64,000 nucleotides of DNA from Alphaproteobacteria bacterium. Its GTDB lineage: Bacteria; Pseudomonadota; Alphaproteobacteria; UBA828. Shown here piece by piece: positions 9,172 through 18,375 of the stretch (the stretch's first letter is position 1; the number at the start of each line of letters is the position of its first letter). The DNA lies in contig CBDCCI010000002.1 of NCBI GenBank assembly GCA_965214705.1, positions 1,632,001 to 1,696,000 of the forward strand, in the 5' to 3' direction. The position numbers were made by a program, and so were the translations under genes. Below the pieces are notes generated by a model. It made no database searches and was not told where the DNA came from. It saw only the letters and a program-made list of their open reading frames with translations.

Positions 9172-12048
9172 ATGAAGCCCTTGGCACCGCCGGCCGGCGA
9201 TGCGGAAGCCGACCATTCGACCCATCTGCTCCGCCTGATTGAGAGCCTGTACCGGGAGGTCCACCCCGGTCGCGCTCCGCCGCCAATATCTCTCGAGAGC
9301 AGGCTGACCGAGGATCTGGGCTTCGACAGCCTGGGACGCACGGAATTGCTGCTGCGCGTCGAACGGGAGTTTTCTGTCTCGCTGCCTGCAGAGACGCTGG
9401 CCGGGGTGGAGACCGCGGCCGATCTCTGGCGCGCCATCGAGGCGGCCGCTCCCCGGCGTGAACGCCGGATCGCGCAATCTGCAACGGCCGCGCTTCCGGG
9501 TCCGGTCGAATCGATACCGCGAGACGCCGGGACCCTGACCGAGACACTCGACTGGCAGGCGGCGGTCCACCCGGATCGTACCCACGTCTGGCTGACGGAA
9601 CGGGAAGGCGACTGCGAGACCATCAGCTACGCGCAGCTTCGCGAGCGGGCACTCGCCGTCGCGGGCGGGCTTCTGGAAGCCGGACTGACGCCGGGCGCCC
9701 GCGTTGCCCTGATGCTGCCCACGTGCGCCGGATTCCTCCATGCCTTCATCGGGATTCTCTATGCCGGGTGCGTCCCGGTTCCGATCTATCCGCCCGCGCG
9801 GCTGTCGCAGCTCGAAGATCATCTGCGCCGTCAGGCCGCGATCCTCGCGAATGCAGAGGCCGAACTGCTGATCACGGTGCGCGAAGGCCTCGCGCTGGCG
9901 CATTTCCTGCGCTCGACGGTCGAGAGCATGCGGTCGATCGAGACCGTGGACAGCTTGGTGGCCGCCGGCAGCTCGGAACGGGGTCCGGCCCGCAGCGCGG
10001 AGGACGTGGCCCTTGTTCAATACACCTCCGGCAGCACGGGGGATCCCAAAGGCGTGGTGCTCAGCCATGCCAATCTGCTCGCCAACATCCGCGCCATGGG
10101 TCAGGCCATGGCCGTCGAGCCCGACCGCGACTTCTTCGTCAGCTGGCTGCCGCTCTACCACGACATGGGACTGATCGGCGCGTGGCTCGGCAGCCTCTAT
10201 TTTGCGGTTCCGGTGTCGATCATGTCGCCGCTGGTGTTCCTGGCCCGGCCGGAGAGCTGGCTGTGGGAGATCCATGCGCGCCGGGGAACCCTGTCGGGAG
10301 CGCCGAACTTTGCCTATGACCTTTGCGCCCACCGCATCGACGACCGAGCGATCGAGGGGCTCGATCTGAGTTCGGCCCGGATGGTGGTGAACGGCGCGGA
10401 GCCCGTGCGGGCGTCGTCGGTTCGCGCCTTCTGCGAACGCTTCGCCGCCTACGGATTCGACCCCGGGGCTCTGTCCCCGGTCTACGGCCTGGCCGAGAAC
10501 AGCGTGGGTCTGGCGTTTCCGCCGCCCGGCCGGGGGCTGCTGTGCGACCGCATCGATCGAAGCGCGCTGGCGGCGCGCTCCGAAGCGGTGACGGTACCGG
10601 CCGGTCACGGCGATGCGCTGGAAGTGGTGGCGTGCGGCTCCCCGATCCCCGGACATCAGTTCCGGGTCGTCGACGAAAGCGGCCGCGAAGTGGCGGAACG
10701 CCGCCAGGGGCGGCTGCAATTCATGGGTCCCTCCGCGACCCGCGGCTATCGGCTCAGCGAGAAGGCGACGCGGGAGCTGTTCGACGGGGAGTGGCTGGAG
10801 ACCGGCGATCTGGCCTACGTCGCCGGGGGTGACGTCTATCTCACGGGCAGGATCAAGGACGTCATCATTCGGGGCGGCCGCAACATCTACCCGCACGAGG
10901 TGGAGGCCGCCGTCGGGGACCTGAAGGGCGTTCGGCGGGGATGCGTCGCGGTGTTCGCTGCCTCCGTTGCGGACGAGGCCGAAAGGCTTGTGGTGGTCGC
11001 GGAGACGCGCGAGGAGTCCGGCGAGACCCGTGCGCGGCTGCGACGCGACGTCGAGGCGGCGGCCTTGGACGTCGCGGGAGTGGCGCCGGACGAGGTCGTG
11101 CTCGCGCCGCCGCGCTCCGTGCTCAAGACCTCGAGCGGCAAGGTGAGGCGCGGCGCCACCCGCGCGCGCTACCTGGAAGGGCGTCTGGAGAGACCCGGCG
11201 CCGCACTGTGGTGGCAGCTCGTTCGCCTGGCGCTGTCGGGAATGGCGGCCAGGGTTTCCGCGGCGCACCGCGCGATCCTGGACCGTGCATTCGCCGCTTA
11301 CTGGTGGGCGGTGCTGGCTGCGCTGGCGCTGGTCGTTTGGCCTTCGGCGGTCGCATTGCCGCGGCGTGCGTGGCGCTGGCGGGCGCTCCGCGTCGCCGCT
11401 CACCTGATGTTGAAGCTCACGGGCACGCGCTTGACGGTGGATGGCGGGATCGGGGCGGAGCGAGGCGTGATCGTCGTGGCCAATCACTGCAGCTACTTCG
11501 ACAGTCTGGCGCTGGTGGCGGCCCTGCCCGGCGAGACCGCGTTCGTCGCCAAGGCAGAGTTGGCGCCGCAGCTCTTTGCAGGGACGCTGCTGCGGCGCAT
11601 CGGCACGCTGTTCGTGGAGCGGTTCGACGAGACGCGCGGGGTCAGCGATCTCGACGTCGTGATCGAGGCGGCCCGCGCGGGGCGGCGGGTGGCGGTCTAC
11701 CCGGAAGGGACCCTGACCCGACGCCCCGGCCTCCTCGCTTTCAAGCTCGGTGCTTTCGCCGTCGCCGCCGCTGCAGACGTTCCCGTGGTGCCGGTGACGC
11801 TGCGCGGTACCCGGTCGATACTGCGGGGCAGGCAATGGTTTCCCCGCCCCGGAAACGTGCATGTGACGATCGGCCCTCCGCTCGATGCGAGAGGACCGGG
11901 CTTCGACGCGGCGATCCGGCTGCGGGACGAGGCGCGGGCTGCGATCCTGGCCACCTGCGGGGAGCCGGATCTCGCCGAGGAAGCGACCCTGCTGGCGGAT
12001 CGCAGGAAGAGACGGCCGTCGTTGGCCGGCGGTGCCGCCGCGTCCTGA
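9172..12048 (+). CDS. ACP / fatty acyl-AMP ligase-like / PlsC-type acyltransferase fusion
   Basis: LGFDSL (ACP serine), QYTSGSTGDPKG, WLPLYHDMGLIG, NHCSYFD, YPEGT. Confidence 0.9.
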   Translation: MKPLAPPAGDAEADHSTHLLRLIESLYREVHPGRAPPPISLESRLTEDLGFDSLGRTELLLRVEREFSVSLPAETLAGVETAADLWRAIEAAAPRRERRIAQSATAALPGPVESIPRDAGTLTETLDWQAAVHPDRTHVWLTEREGDCETISYAQLRERALAVAGGLLEAGLTPGARVALMLPTCAGFLHAFIGILYAGCVPVPIYPPARLSQLEDHLRRQAAILANAEAELLITVREGLALAHFLRSTVESMRSIETVDSLVAAGSSERGPARSAEDVALVQYTSGSTGDPKGVVLSHANLLANIRAMGQAMAVEPDRDFFVSWLPLYHDMGLIGAWLGSLYFAVPVSIMSPLVFLARPESWLWEIHARRGTLSGAPNFAYDLCAHRIDDRAIEGLDLSSARMVVNGAEPVRASSVRAFCERFAAYGFDPGALSPVYGLAENSVGLAFPPPGRGLLCDRIDRSALAARSEAVTVPAGHGDALEVVACGSPIPGHQFRVVDESGREVAERRQGRLQFMGPSATRGYRLSEKATRELFDGEWLETGDLAYVAGGDVYLTGRIKDVIIRGGRNIYPHEVEAAVGDLKGVRRGCVAVFAASVADEAERLVVVAETREESGETRARLRRDVEAAALDVAGVAPDEVVLAPPRSVLKTSSGKVRRGATRARYLEGRLERPGAALWWQLVRLALSGMAARVSAAHRAILDRAFAAYWWAVLAALALVVWPSAVALPRRAWRWRALRVAAHLMLKLTGTRLTVDGGIGAERGVIVVANHCSYFDSLALVAALPGETAFVAKAELAPQLFAGTLLRRIGTLFVERFDETRGVSDLDVVIEAARAGRRVAVYPEGTLTRRPGLLAFKLGAFAVAAAADVPVVPVTLRGTRSILRGRQWFPRPGNVHVTIGPPLDARGPGFDAAIRLRDEARAAILATCGEPDLAEEATLLADRRKRRPSLAGGAAAS

Positions 12049-12145
12049 GGGCGCGGTGTGCCGAGGGTAGCGCTGCCGGCAGATCGACACCCCGACAGCG
12101 TGTCCTTAGAGTGTCGTGGACAGGGCGGGTCGCCGGGGGAACGGC

Positions 12146-13501
12146 ATGCGGGGCAAGCGCAAGGCCATATGGGGGTGGATGTTCTTCGACTGGGCAGCCC
12201 AGCCCTTCTACACGCTCGTCCTCACGTTCGTCTTCGGTCCCTATTTCGTGTCCGAAGTGGTTGCCGATCCCGCGCAGGGCCAGGCCCTGTGGGGTCTTGC
12301 GATCGCGGTGGGCTCGATCGTCGTCGCGCTGACGGCTCCTCTGCTGGGCGCCGTCGCCGACGCGAGAGGACCGCGCAAGCCGTGGATCGTCGGCTTCTCC
12401 GTCCTCTATGTCGCCGGCGCCGCCGGGCTTTGGATGGCAGCGCCGGGATCGGCCGACCTTACGGTGATCCTGTTCTTCCTCGTTCTTGCCCTGATCGGGG
12501 CCGAGTTCACGGGAGTGTTCACCAACGCTGCCTTGCCGTCGCTCGGCGGCAAGGACGAAATCGGCCGCATTTCCGGCTCCGGCTGGGCGCTGGGATATTG
12601 GGGAGGGTTGGCGAGTCTCGTGATCGTGCTCGGTCTGATGGCGCCGGTGCCGGGATCGGAGAGAACCGTGACCGGCCTCGTCCCGATCTTCGGCCTCGAC
12701 CCCGCGCTGGGCGAGGGCGCCCGCGCCGCCGGCCTGCTGTCGGCCGTCTGGTACATCGTTTTCATCGTCCCGTTCTTTCTCTGGACCCCCGACACGAAGC
12801 GCCAGGCCCCGGCCACGAACACCGTCATTCGGGGGTTGAAGGACCTGAAGGATACTCTGGCTTCCCTGCCTTCGCGGGGCAGCTTCCTCGTCTATCTCGC
12901 CTCCTCGATGTTCTACCGCGACGCGCTCGGCGGGCTCTTCATCTTCGGCGGCATCTACGCGGCGGGCGTTCTGGAATGGGGCATGTTCGAGCTCGGCGTA
13001 TTCGGGGTGGTCGGCCTCGTCGCCGGCGCGGCTGGAGCCTGGATCGGCGGCTGGGCCGACGTGCGGTTCGGACCGAAACCCGTGATCGTCGCCACCATCC
13101 TCGCGTTGATGATCTTCTCCTTCATCATCATCACCACCGGCCCGGACGAAGTTCTGTTCATCGGCGTCGGCACCGCCGAGGCGCCATCGAGCCTGCCGAC
13201 CATCGTGTTCTACGTCTGCGGTGCGGTTATCGGGGCGGCGGGAGGGCCGCTCCAGGCGGCGTCCCGAACCATGCTCGTGCGGCAGGCCGGAGAGGAGCGA
13301 ATGACGGAGGCGTTCGGTCTCTACGCTCTGGCCGGCAAGGTGACCTCTTTCGTGGCTCCTCTACTGGTCGCATTCGCCACCGACGCAAGCGGCAGCCAGC
13401 GCGTCGGTGTCACGCCGATCCTGGCCCTCTTCCTCGTCGGCCTGGTCCTCATGGTCTGGGTGCGGTCCGACGGCGCGGAGGCCCGTCACCGGCAGGCCTG
13501 A
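12146..13501 (+). CDS. MFS transporter, UMF1/Atg22-like
   Basis: WGWMFFDWA, GRISGSGWALGY and EAFGLYALAGK motifs; about 12 TM segments. Confidence 0.85.
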   Translation: MRGKRKAIWGWMFFDWAAQPFYTLVLTFVFGPYFVSEVVADPAQGQALWGLAIAVGSIVVALTAPLLGAVADARGPRKPWIVGFSVLYVAGAAGLWMAAPGSADLTVILFFLVLALIGAEFTGVFTNAALPSLGGKDEIGRISGSGWALGYWGGLASLVIVLGLMAPVPGSERTVTGLVPIFGLDPALGEGARAAGLLSAVWYIVFIVPFFLWTPDTKRQAPATNTVIRGLKDLKDTLASLPSRGSFLVYLASSMFYRDALGGLFIFGGIYAAGVLEWGMFELGVFGVVGLVAGAAGAWIGGWADVRFGPKPVIVATILALMIFSFIIITTGPDEVLFIGVGTAEAPSSLPTIVFYVCGAVIGAAGGPLQAASRTMLVRQAGEERMTEAFGLYALAGKVTSFVAPLLVAFATDASGSQRVGVTPILALFLVGLVLMVWVRSDGAEARHRQA

Positions 13502-13774
13502 TCGAAGAGAATCCAGCGGGCGATGACGGCAACGACTTCGGGCGGAGCCGATCGCAAGGCGATGTCCGCAGGGGGACGGATCCTGAACATCGGAGGAGGC
13601 TCGGTGAAAGTCGTTGCAGTCGCCGTCGCAGCCCTCGCGGTCGTCATCGCACCTACGCTTGCTCCGGCGGCCGACATGGCCAAGGGGGAAACTATCAACA
13701 CCGATGGTGCGGTCATCGTCAAGGCCAGCTTCGAGCAGACAACGACCGGCGTGCTCATGTGCGTCGTCGTCGGA

Positions 13775-14289
13775 CTGCCGGATACCGACGGCATTGAGCT
13801 CATGGAACAGGTCCCGGGACTCACCTACCTGCCGGTCATCTTCATCTCCGCCTACGGTCGCGGCGAGACGATCGCGCGCGCCTTCGAGAGCGGCACCGCC
13901 GACTACATAGTCAAGCCCTTCTCGCCGACCGAGCTCACCGCGCGGGTCAGGCGGCGCTGCGCAGCCGCTCCGGACCCGAGCCCTTCGTGCTCCGCGAGCT
14001 CGTCATCGACTACGAGCGGCGACGGGTGACGGCGGGCGGGGAGGCGGTGCCGCTCACCGCCACCGAGTACGAGCTGTTGCGTATCCTGTCCGTCAACGCC
14101 GGGCGGGTGGTGACCAACGAATCGCTGCTCCGCCAGGGATGGGGCGCGCGCAGCGCCGGCGACACCGAGCCGGTGCGCGCCTTCGTGATGAAGCTTCGCG
14201 CGAAACTCGGCGACGACACGGCGAGTCCCGTCTACATCTTCAACGAGCGCGGCGTCGGCTACCGCATGCCGAAGCCCGGAGACGAATGA
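13775..14289 (+). pseudogene. Truncated, frameshifted OmpR/KdpE-like response regulator
   Basis: Receiver C-half (PVIFISA, DYIVKPFS) and wHTH (LTATEYELL, GVGYRM) are in different frames; the N-terminus is missing. Confidence 0.8.
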
Positions 14290-14699
14290 GGACCTACAGC
14301 CGAGTCCAGCGCTTCATCAGCAACACCCTCATGTCGGTGATCGCGTCTTCGCGCCCTCAATCGATCAAGAGGTCATGATCCCACCGGTGCTGTGATGAAC
14401 CCAGCGCGGCTTCGCCAAACGTATATGTTCGGTCAGCGAGTGATGGAGCGGAACACTACCGCTGCCGAGGTGACGGAAGCGCCGGGCCAAACGGGGCTCG
14501 TTCAGGACGCTGAGCAACATCGACTACGATTCCCAACTCGGTGACCGAACGAACACCGCCAAACAGATACACCTCCACGCGCACCTTCGGTGCTATGACA
14601 CTGATACAGAGTTGCTTTTCCTCTCCCACAGATGCGGATGGAAGCGGTTTCCAGAGCCGTTTCCGCCCCGCCTGCAACCGTTCAGGGGAGGAAAAGCCC

Positions 14700-15821
14700 A
14701 TGCCCACCGTCAAGCTCGACCAGCGCCGGGTCGATGCGCTGAAACCCCGCAAGCGCGCCTATGACGTGCGCGACAGGAACCTTAAGGGCTTCGGCCTGCG
14801 GGTCTGGCCGTCGGGAAAGAAACGCTACTTCGTCCACAGCCAATACGAGGGCCGGCGCGTCTGGAAGACCGTCGCCTGTGCCGAGAGCACGAGCGCCGGC
14901 GACGCCCGTGCGCAGGCCGCCACGATGCTGGCCGCGATCCGGCGAGGCGGCAACGCATCCCCGTCGCCCAAGCAAGCCGTGTTCGAGGCCGTCGCCGACG
15001 AGGTCTTCACCCGCTACGCGCGAAACTGGAAGCCCGGCACTCTCAAGGTCAGCCGGAACTACTACCGCAACCATATCCTGCCGCGCTTCAAGGGCCGCCC
15101 GATCACCGGCATCGACAGCCGCGACGTTCGGCAGTGGTTCGCATCGCTCCACGCGACGCCCGCGGCGGCGGACCGCTCCGCTCCGATCCTGTCCGTCATC
15201 ATGCGCCAAGCCGAGATCTACGGCTATCGCCCGGAAGGCAGCAACCCGTGCAAGGGCATCAAGCGATACCGGCGCCAGGGGCGCGAACGGTTCCTGTCGG
15301 CGGCGGAGATGCGCAGCCTGGCGGCGGCACTCGGCCGCTTCGAGGCCGATCGTCCACAGCAGGTCGCCATCATCAGGCTGCTGTTGCTGACCGGGTGTCG
15401 CGGCAGCGAGGTTCGCACGCTGAAGTGGCGCTACCGGCGCGAGGGCAAGCTGTTCCTGCCCGATAGCAAGACCGGGCCGCGAACCATCTGGTTGTCGTCC
15501 GCTGCCCGCGCGGTCCTGGACCGCGTGCCGCAAACCGCAAGCTGGATCTTCCCCTCGCCACGGACGGACGGTCCCCTCAGCCATGGCGGCCTCGACGGAG
15601 CGTGGCAACAAATTCGCGAGGAAGCCGACTTGCGCGATGTGCGCCTTCATGACCTGCGCCACACCTACGCCAGCATCGCCCTCCAGCACGGCGAGACCGT
15701 CCCGACCATCGGCCAGCTGCTCGGTCACGGCCATCCCGCGACCACCCTGAAATACATGCACTTGGCGGACGCCACGGTGCGCGAGTCGGTCGAAACCGTC
15801 GGCGCGGTTCTGGAGGGTTGA
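14700..15821 (+). CDS. Tyrosine recombinase/integrase 1 with arm-DNA-binding N-terminus
   Basis: GFGLRV N-domain; TGCR, SKTG, HDLRH, LLGH, TTLKY catalytic residues intact. Confidence 0.92.
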   Translation: MPTVKLDQRRVDALKPRKRAYDVRDRNLKGFGLRVWPSGKKRYFVHSQYEGRRVWKTVACAESTSAGDARAQAATMLAAIRRGGNASPSPKQAVFEAVADEVFTRYARNWKPGTLKVSRNYYRNHILPRFKGRPITGIDSRDVRQWFASLHATPAAADRSAPILSVIMRQAEIYGYRPEGSNPCKGIKRYRRQGRERFLSAAEMRSLAAALGRFEADRPQQVAIIRLLLLTGCRGSEVRTLKWRYRREGKLFLPDSKTGPRTIWLSSAARAVLDRVPQTASWIFPSPRTDGPLSHGGLDGAWQQIREEADLRDVRLHDLRHTYASIALQHGETVPTIGQLLGHGHPATTLKYMHLADATVRESVETVGAVLEG

Positions 15822-15824
15822 GCC

Positions 15825-17003
15825 ATGACCAGGGCGAGAAAGATGCGCCTGACTGACGCCGGCGTCGCCAAGCTCAAGCCCGCCGCGAGCGAATACACGG
15901 TCTGGGATGTGCGCGTGCCCGGTCTCGGGGTCCGTGTCCGCCCGTCGGGGCATCGTGGTTACGTCCATCATGTCAAGGTGGGCGGTCGCGCGAGGCGCGT
16001 CACGCTCGGGCCGGCGGCGCTGAAGACCGTCGCAGAGGCGCGCCGGGAATGCCTGGAGCTCGAGGTCGCCGGGAAAGGTGGCGAAGGGGCCGGGAGCGCG
16101 CGCGGCAAGACGCCGACCTTCGCCGCCTTCGTCGCCGGTCCGTGGAAGTCGGCGTGCCTCGACCGATACAAGCCGGCGACGCGAAAGAGCGCGCGCTCCT
16201 CCTTGAGAAGCCAGTTGCTGCCGGCCTTCGGAGACCTGCCGCTCGACCGCATCGACCGAATGCGCGTCTGCCGCTGGTTCGACGACTACAGCCGCACTGC
16301 GCCAGGCGGCGCCAACCATGCGCTCGACACTCTCCGCGGGATCATGAACCACGCCATCGCCCTCGGCCATGTCGAGACGAACCCGGCCCGCGACGCGAAG
16401 CCGAACCCGCGCGCAGCGCTGACCCGCTTCCTGTCGCAAGAGGAGATCGCCCGCCTTCACCGGATCCTCGATGGTTATACGTCCGGTCGCGCGTCGCGCC
16501 GGCGGCAGGCGGACATCATTCGTCTGCTGCTATTGACGGGCTGCCGGAAAGGCGAGATCGTGACCCTGCGCTGGCGCGAGGTCGAAGGCGATACCCTCAA
16601 TTTGGCGGACGGCAAGAACGGGCCGCGCAAGGTCTTCCTGAATGCGCCGGCACGGGCCGTTATCGAGCGCCAGCCTCGGACGGACAGCCCCTTCGTGTTC
16701 CCGTCGCCCCGAGATCCGGAGCGCGCGTGTTCGCCCAACCTGCCTCTGTGGTATTCGGTGCGCAAGGAGGCCGGGATCGAAGACGTGCGCCTGCATGACC
16801 TTCGTCACACCTTCGCCAGCCACGCCGTGCTGCAAGGCATCCCGCTGCCGGTAGTATCCCGCCTGCTCGGCCACAGGCAGCCGAGTATGACGCTTCGCTA
16901 CGCTCATGTCGGCGACCGGGAGACCGAGGCGGCGGCGGAGCGCATCGGTATAACCATCGATCAGATACTGGATGGTAGTACGGCTAGCACAACAGGCGAC
17001 TGA
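15825..17003 (+). CDS. Tyrosine recombinase/integrase 2, paralog of integrase 1
   Basis: GLGVRV; TGCR, GKNG, HDLRH, LLGH, MTLRY; starts 3 bp after integrase 1. Confidence 0.92.
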   Translation: MTRARKMRLTDAGVAKLKPAASEYTVWDVRVPGLGVRVRPSGHRGYVHHVKVGGRARRVTLGPAALKTVAEARRECLELEVAGKGGEGAGSARGKTPTFAAFVAGPWKSACLDRYKPATRKSARSSLRSQLLPAFGDLPLDRIDRMRVCRWFDDYSRTAPGGANHALDTLRGIMNHAIALGHVETNPARDAKPNPRAALTRFLSQEEIARLHRILDGYTSGRASRRRQADIIRLLLLTGCRKGEIVTLRWREVEGDTLNLADGKNGPRKVFLNAPARAVIERQPRTDSPFVFPSPRDPERACSPNLPLWYSVRKEAGIEDVRLHDLRHTFASHAVLQGIPLPVVSRLLGHRQPSMTLRYAHVGDRETEAAAERIGITIDQILDGSTASTTGD

Positions 17004-17179
17004 CTCGAAGCACTCGTGTCCGCGCCGTCAACGCACTTCAAAGAGGCCAGGGCCGAGAGAACCGGATAGCCTCGTTGCTTGGTGGCGATGCAGATAGCCC
17101 TGAAGAAGGTCGGCGATGATGGTTGGTGGTCCGCCCACCACCCGCCGTCGCCGGATTGCCTCAGGCAAGAACAGGGCGT

Positions 17180-17211
17180 ACACAGTGCAGCGCACACAGT
17201 GCAGCGCACAC
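17180..17211 (+). repeat. 14-bp tandem repeat upstream of cmr1
   Basis: ACACAGTGCAGCGC twice plus ACAC. Confidence 0.8.
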
Positions 17212-17247
17212 CATTGATTCTCACGACGCACTTGGCCGAGACGTCAG

Positions 17248-18375
17248 ATGAAACACGTTGAAGCCCATTTCAAGGTCGTGACGCCGTGCTTCGTCGGTTC
17301 GGGCGGGGATGACGCGGAAGTACGGGTTCCCTCGATCAAGGGCGCGCTGCGCTTTTGGTGGCGTGCGCTCGCGTGGGCGCGGTACGCCGGCGCGGATGGA
17401 GCCACAGATACGGTCCGGCGCATGAGGGAGCGAGAGCACGCATTATTCGGCTCCAGCGACATGGGACAGAGCCGGATCGCGATGCGGCTCGACACGAAGG
17501 CTATGCCCAGGATCGTGGAAAAGGACAAGGTTCTGCCTGTCGGCCCCGGCGCCCGCTATCTCGGCTACGGGGTCATGAAAGCCTTTGGGAGCAAGGGCAC
17601 CAAGCCGGGACAGTTGGTCCGTCCGTGCCTCGAAGCGCCCTTCGAGTTCTCCTTGCGGATCGCCGCGCGGGATGCGGAGGCATTGAACGAAGTCGAACCC
17701 GCACTACGGCTTTTCGGCTTGGTCGGTGGGGTAGGCGCCCGGTCCCGCAAGGGCTATGGCAGCCTCGCCCTGACCGCCCTCGAAGGCGACGGTGTCGCCG
17801 ACTGGCGGCCGCCCCGGGATATCGGGGCGTACCGCAGCCACTTGAGCGCGCTGTTGAAGGGCGCGGAGGCCGCCGACCGCGAGCCGGAGATCAGCGCGTT
17901 TTCGGCATGGACGCGCGTCGATCTGATGTTCGAGGATGTCCGCACACCCGCGAAGGTTCTCGACGAATACGGCAAGACGATGGTGCGCTACCGAAGCTGG
18001 GGCCGAAAGGGAAAGATTCTCGACGGCGAACAATCCACATGTCGTTTCCCCGAGGATCATGCCTGGATGAAGGGCGAGAAGACAGCGGACGACTTTCACC
18101 CGCGGCGGGCGGTGTTCGGGCTGCCGCACAACTACGGGAGGCACATTGAGGTTAAGCCGGAACGGCCCGACCGGCGCGCGAGCCCTCTCTTCTTCCATGT
18201 CCACGAAATCGGCGGCCGGTATGCGGGTGTCGCGTTGCTGCTGCGGTCGCGTTTTCTGCCCGAAGGCGAGAAGATCAAGGCGCGCGGCAAGGCCGTTCCC
18301 GCCAGACCCGACTGGAGCGTGTTGACGACATTTCTGAACGAAAACCGCAAACGCCGGCTTTGGCCCGATGGCTGA
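17248..18375 (+). CDS. cmr1: Type III-B RAMP Cmr1
   Basis: RVPSIKGALRFWWRA, GGVGARSRKGYGS, RRAVFGLP, RRASPL. Confidence 0.92.
   Translation: MKHVEAHFKVVTPCFVGSGGDDAEVRVPSIKGALRFWWRALAWARYAGADGATDTVRRMREREHALFGSSDMGQSRIAMRLDTKAMPRIVEKDKVLPVGPGARYLGYGVMKAFGSKGTKPGQLVRPCLEAPFEFSLRIAARDAEALNEVEPALRLFGLVGGVGARSRKGYGSLALTALEGDGVADWRPPRDIGAYRSHLSALLKGAEAADREPEISAFSAWTRVDLMFEDVRTPAKVLDEYGKTMVRYRSWGRKGKILDGEQSTCRFPEDHAWMKGEKTADDFHPRRAVFGLPHNYGRHIEVKPERPDRRASPLFFHVHEIGGRYAGVALLLRSRFLPEGEKIKARGKAVPARPDWSVLTTFLNENRKRRLWPDG

Noticed and set aside
13523-14029. Signal-peptide / receiver-domain fusion protein
   Set aside because: Looks like a chance junction of remnants: the receiver N-half is missing and the output domain is frameshifted.
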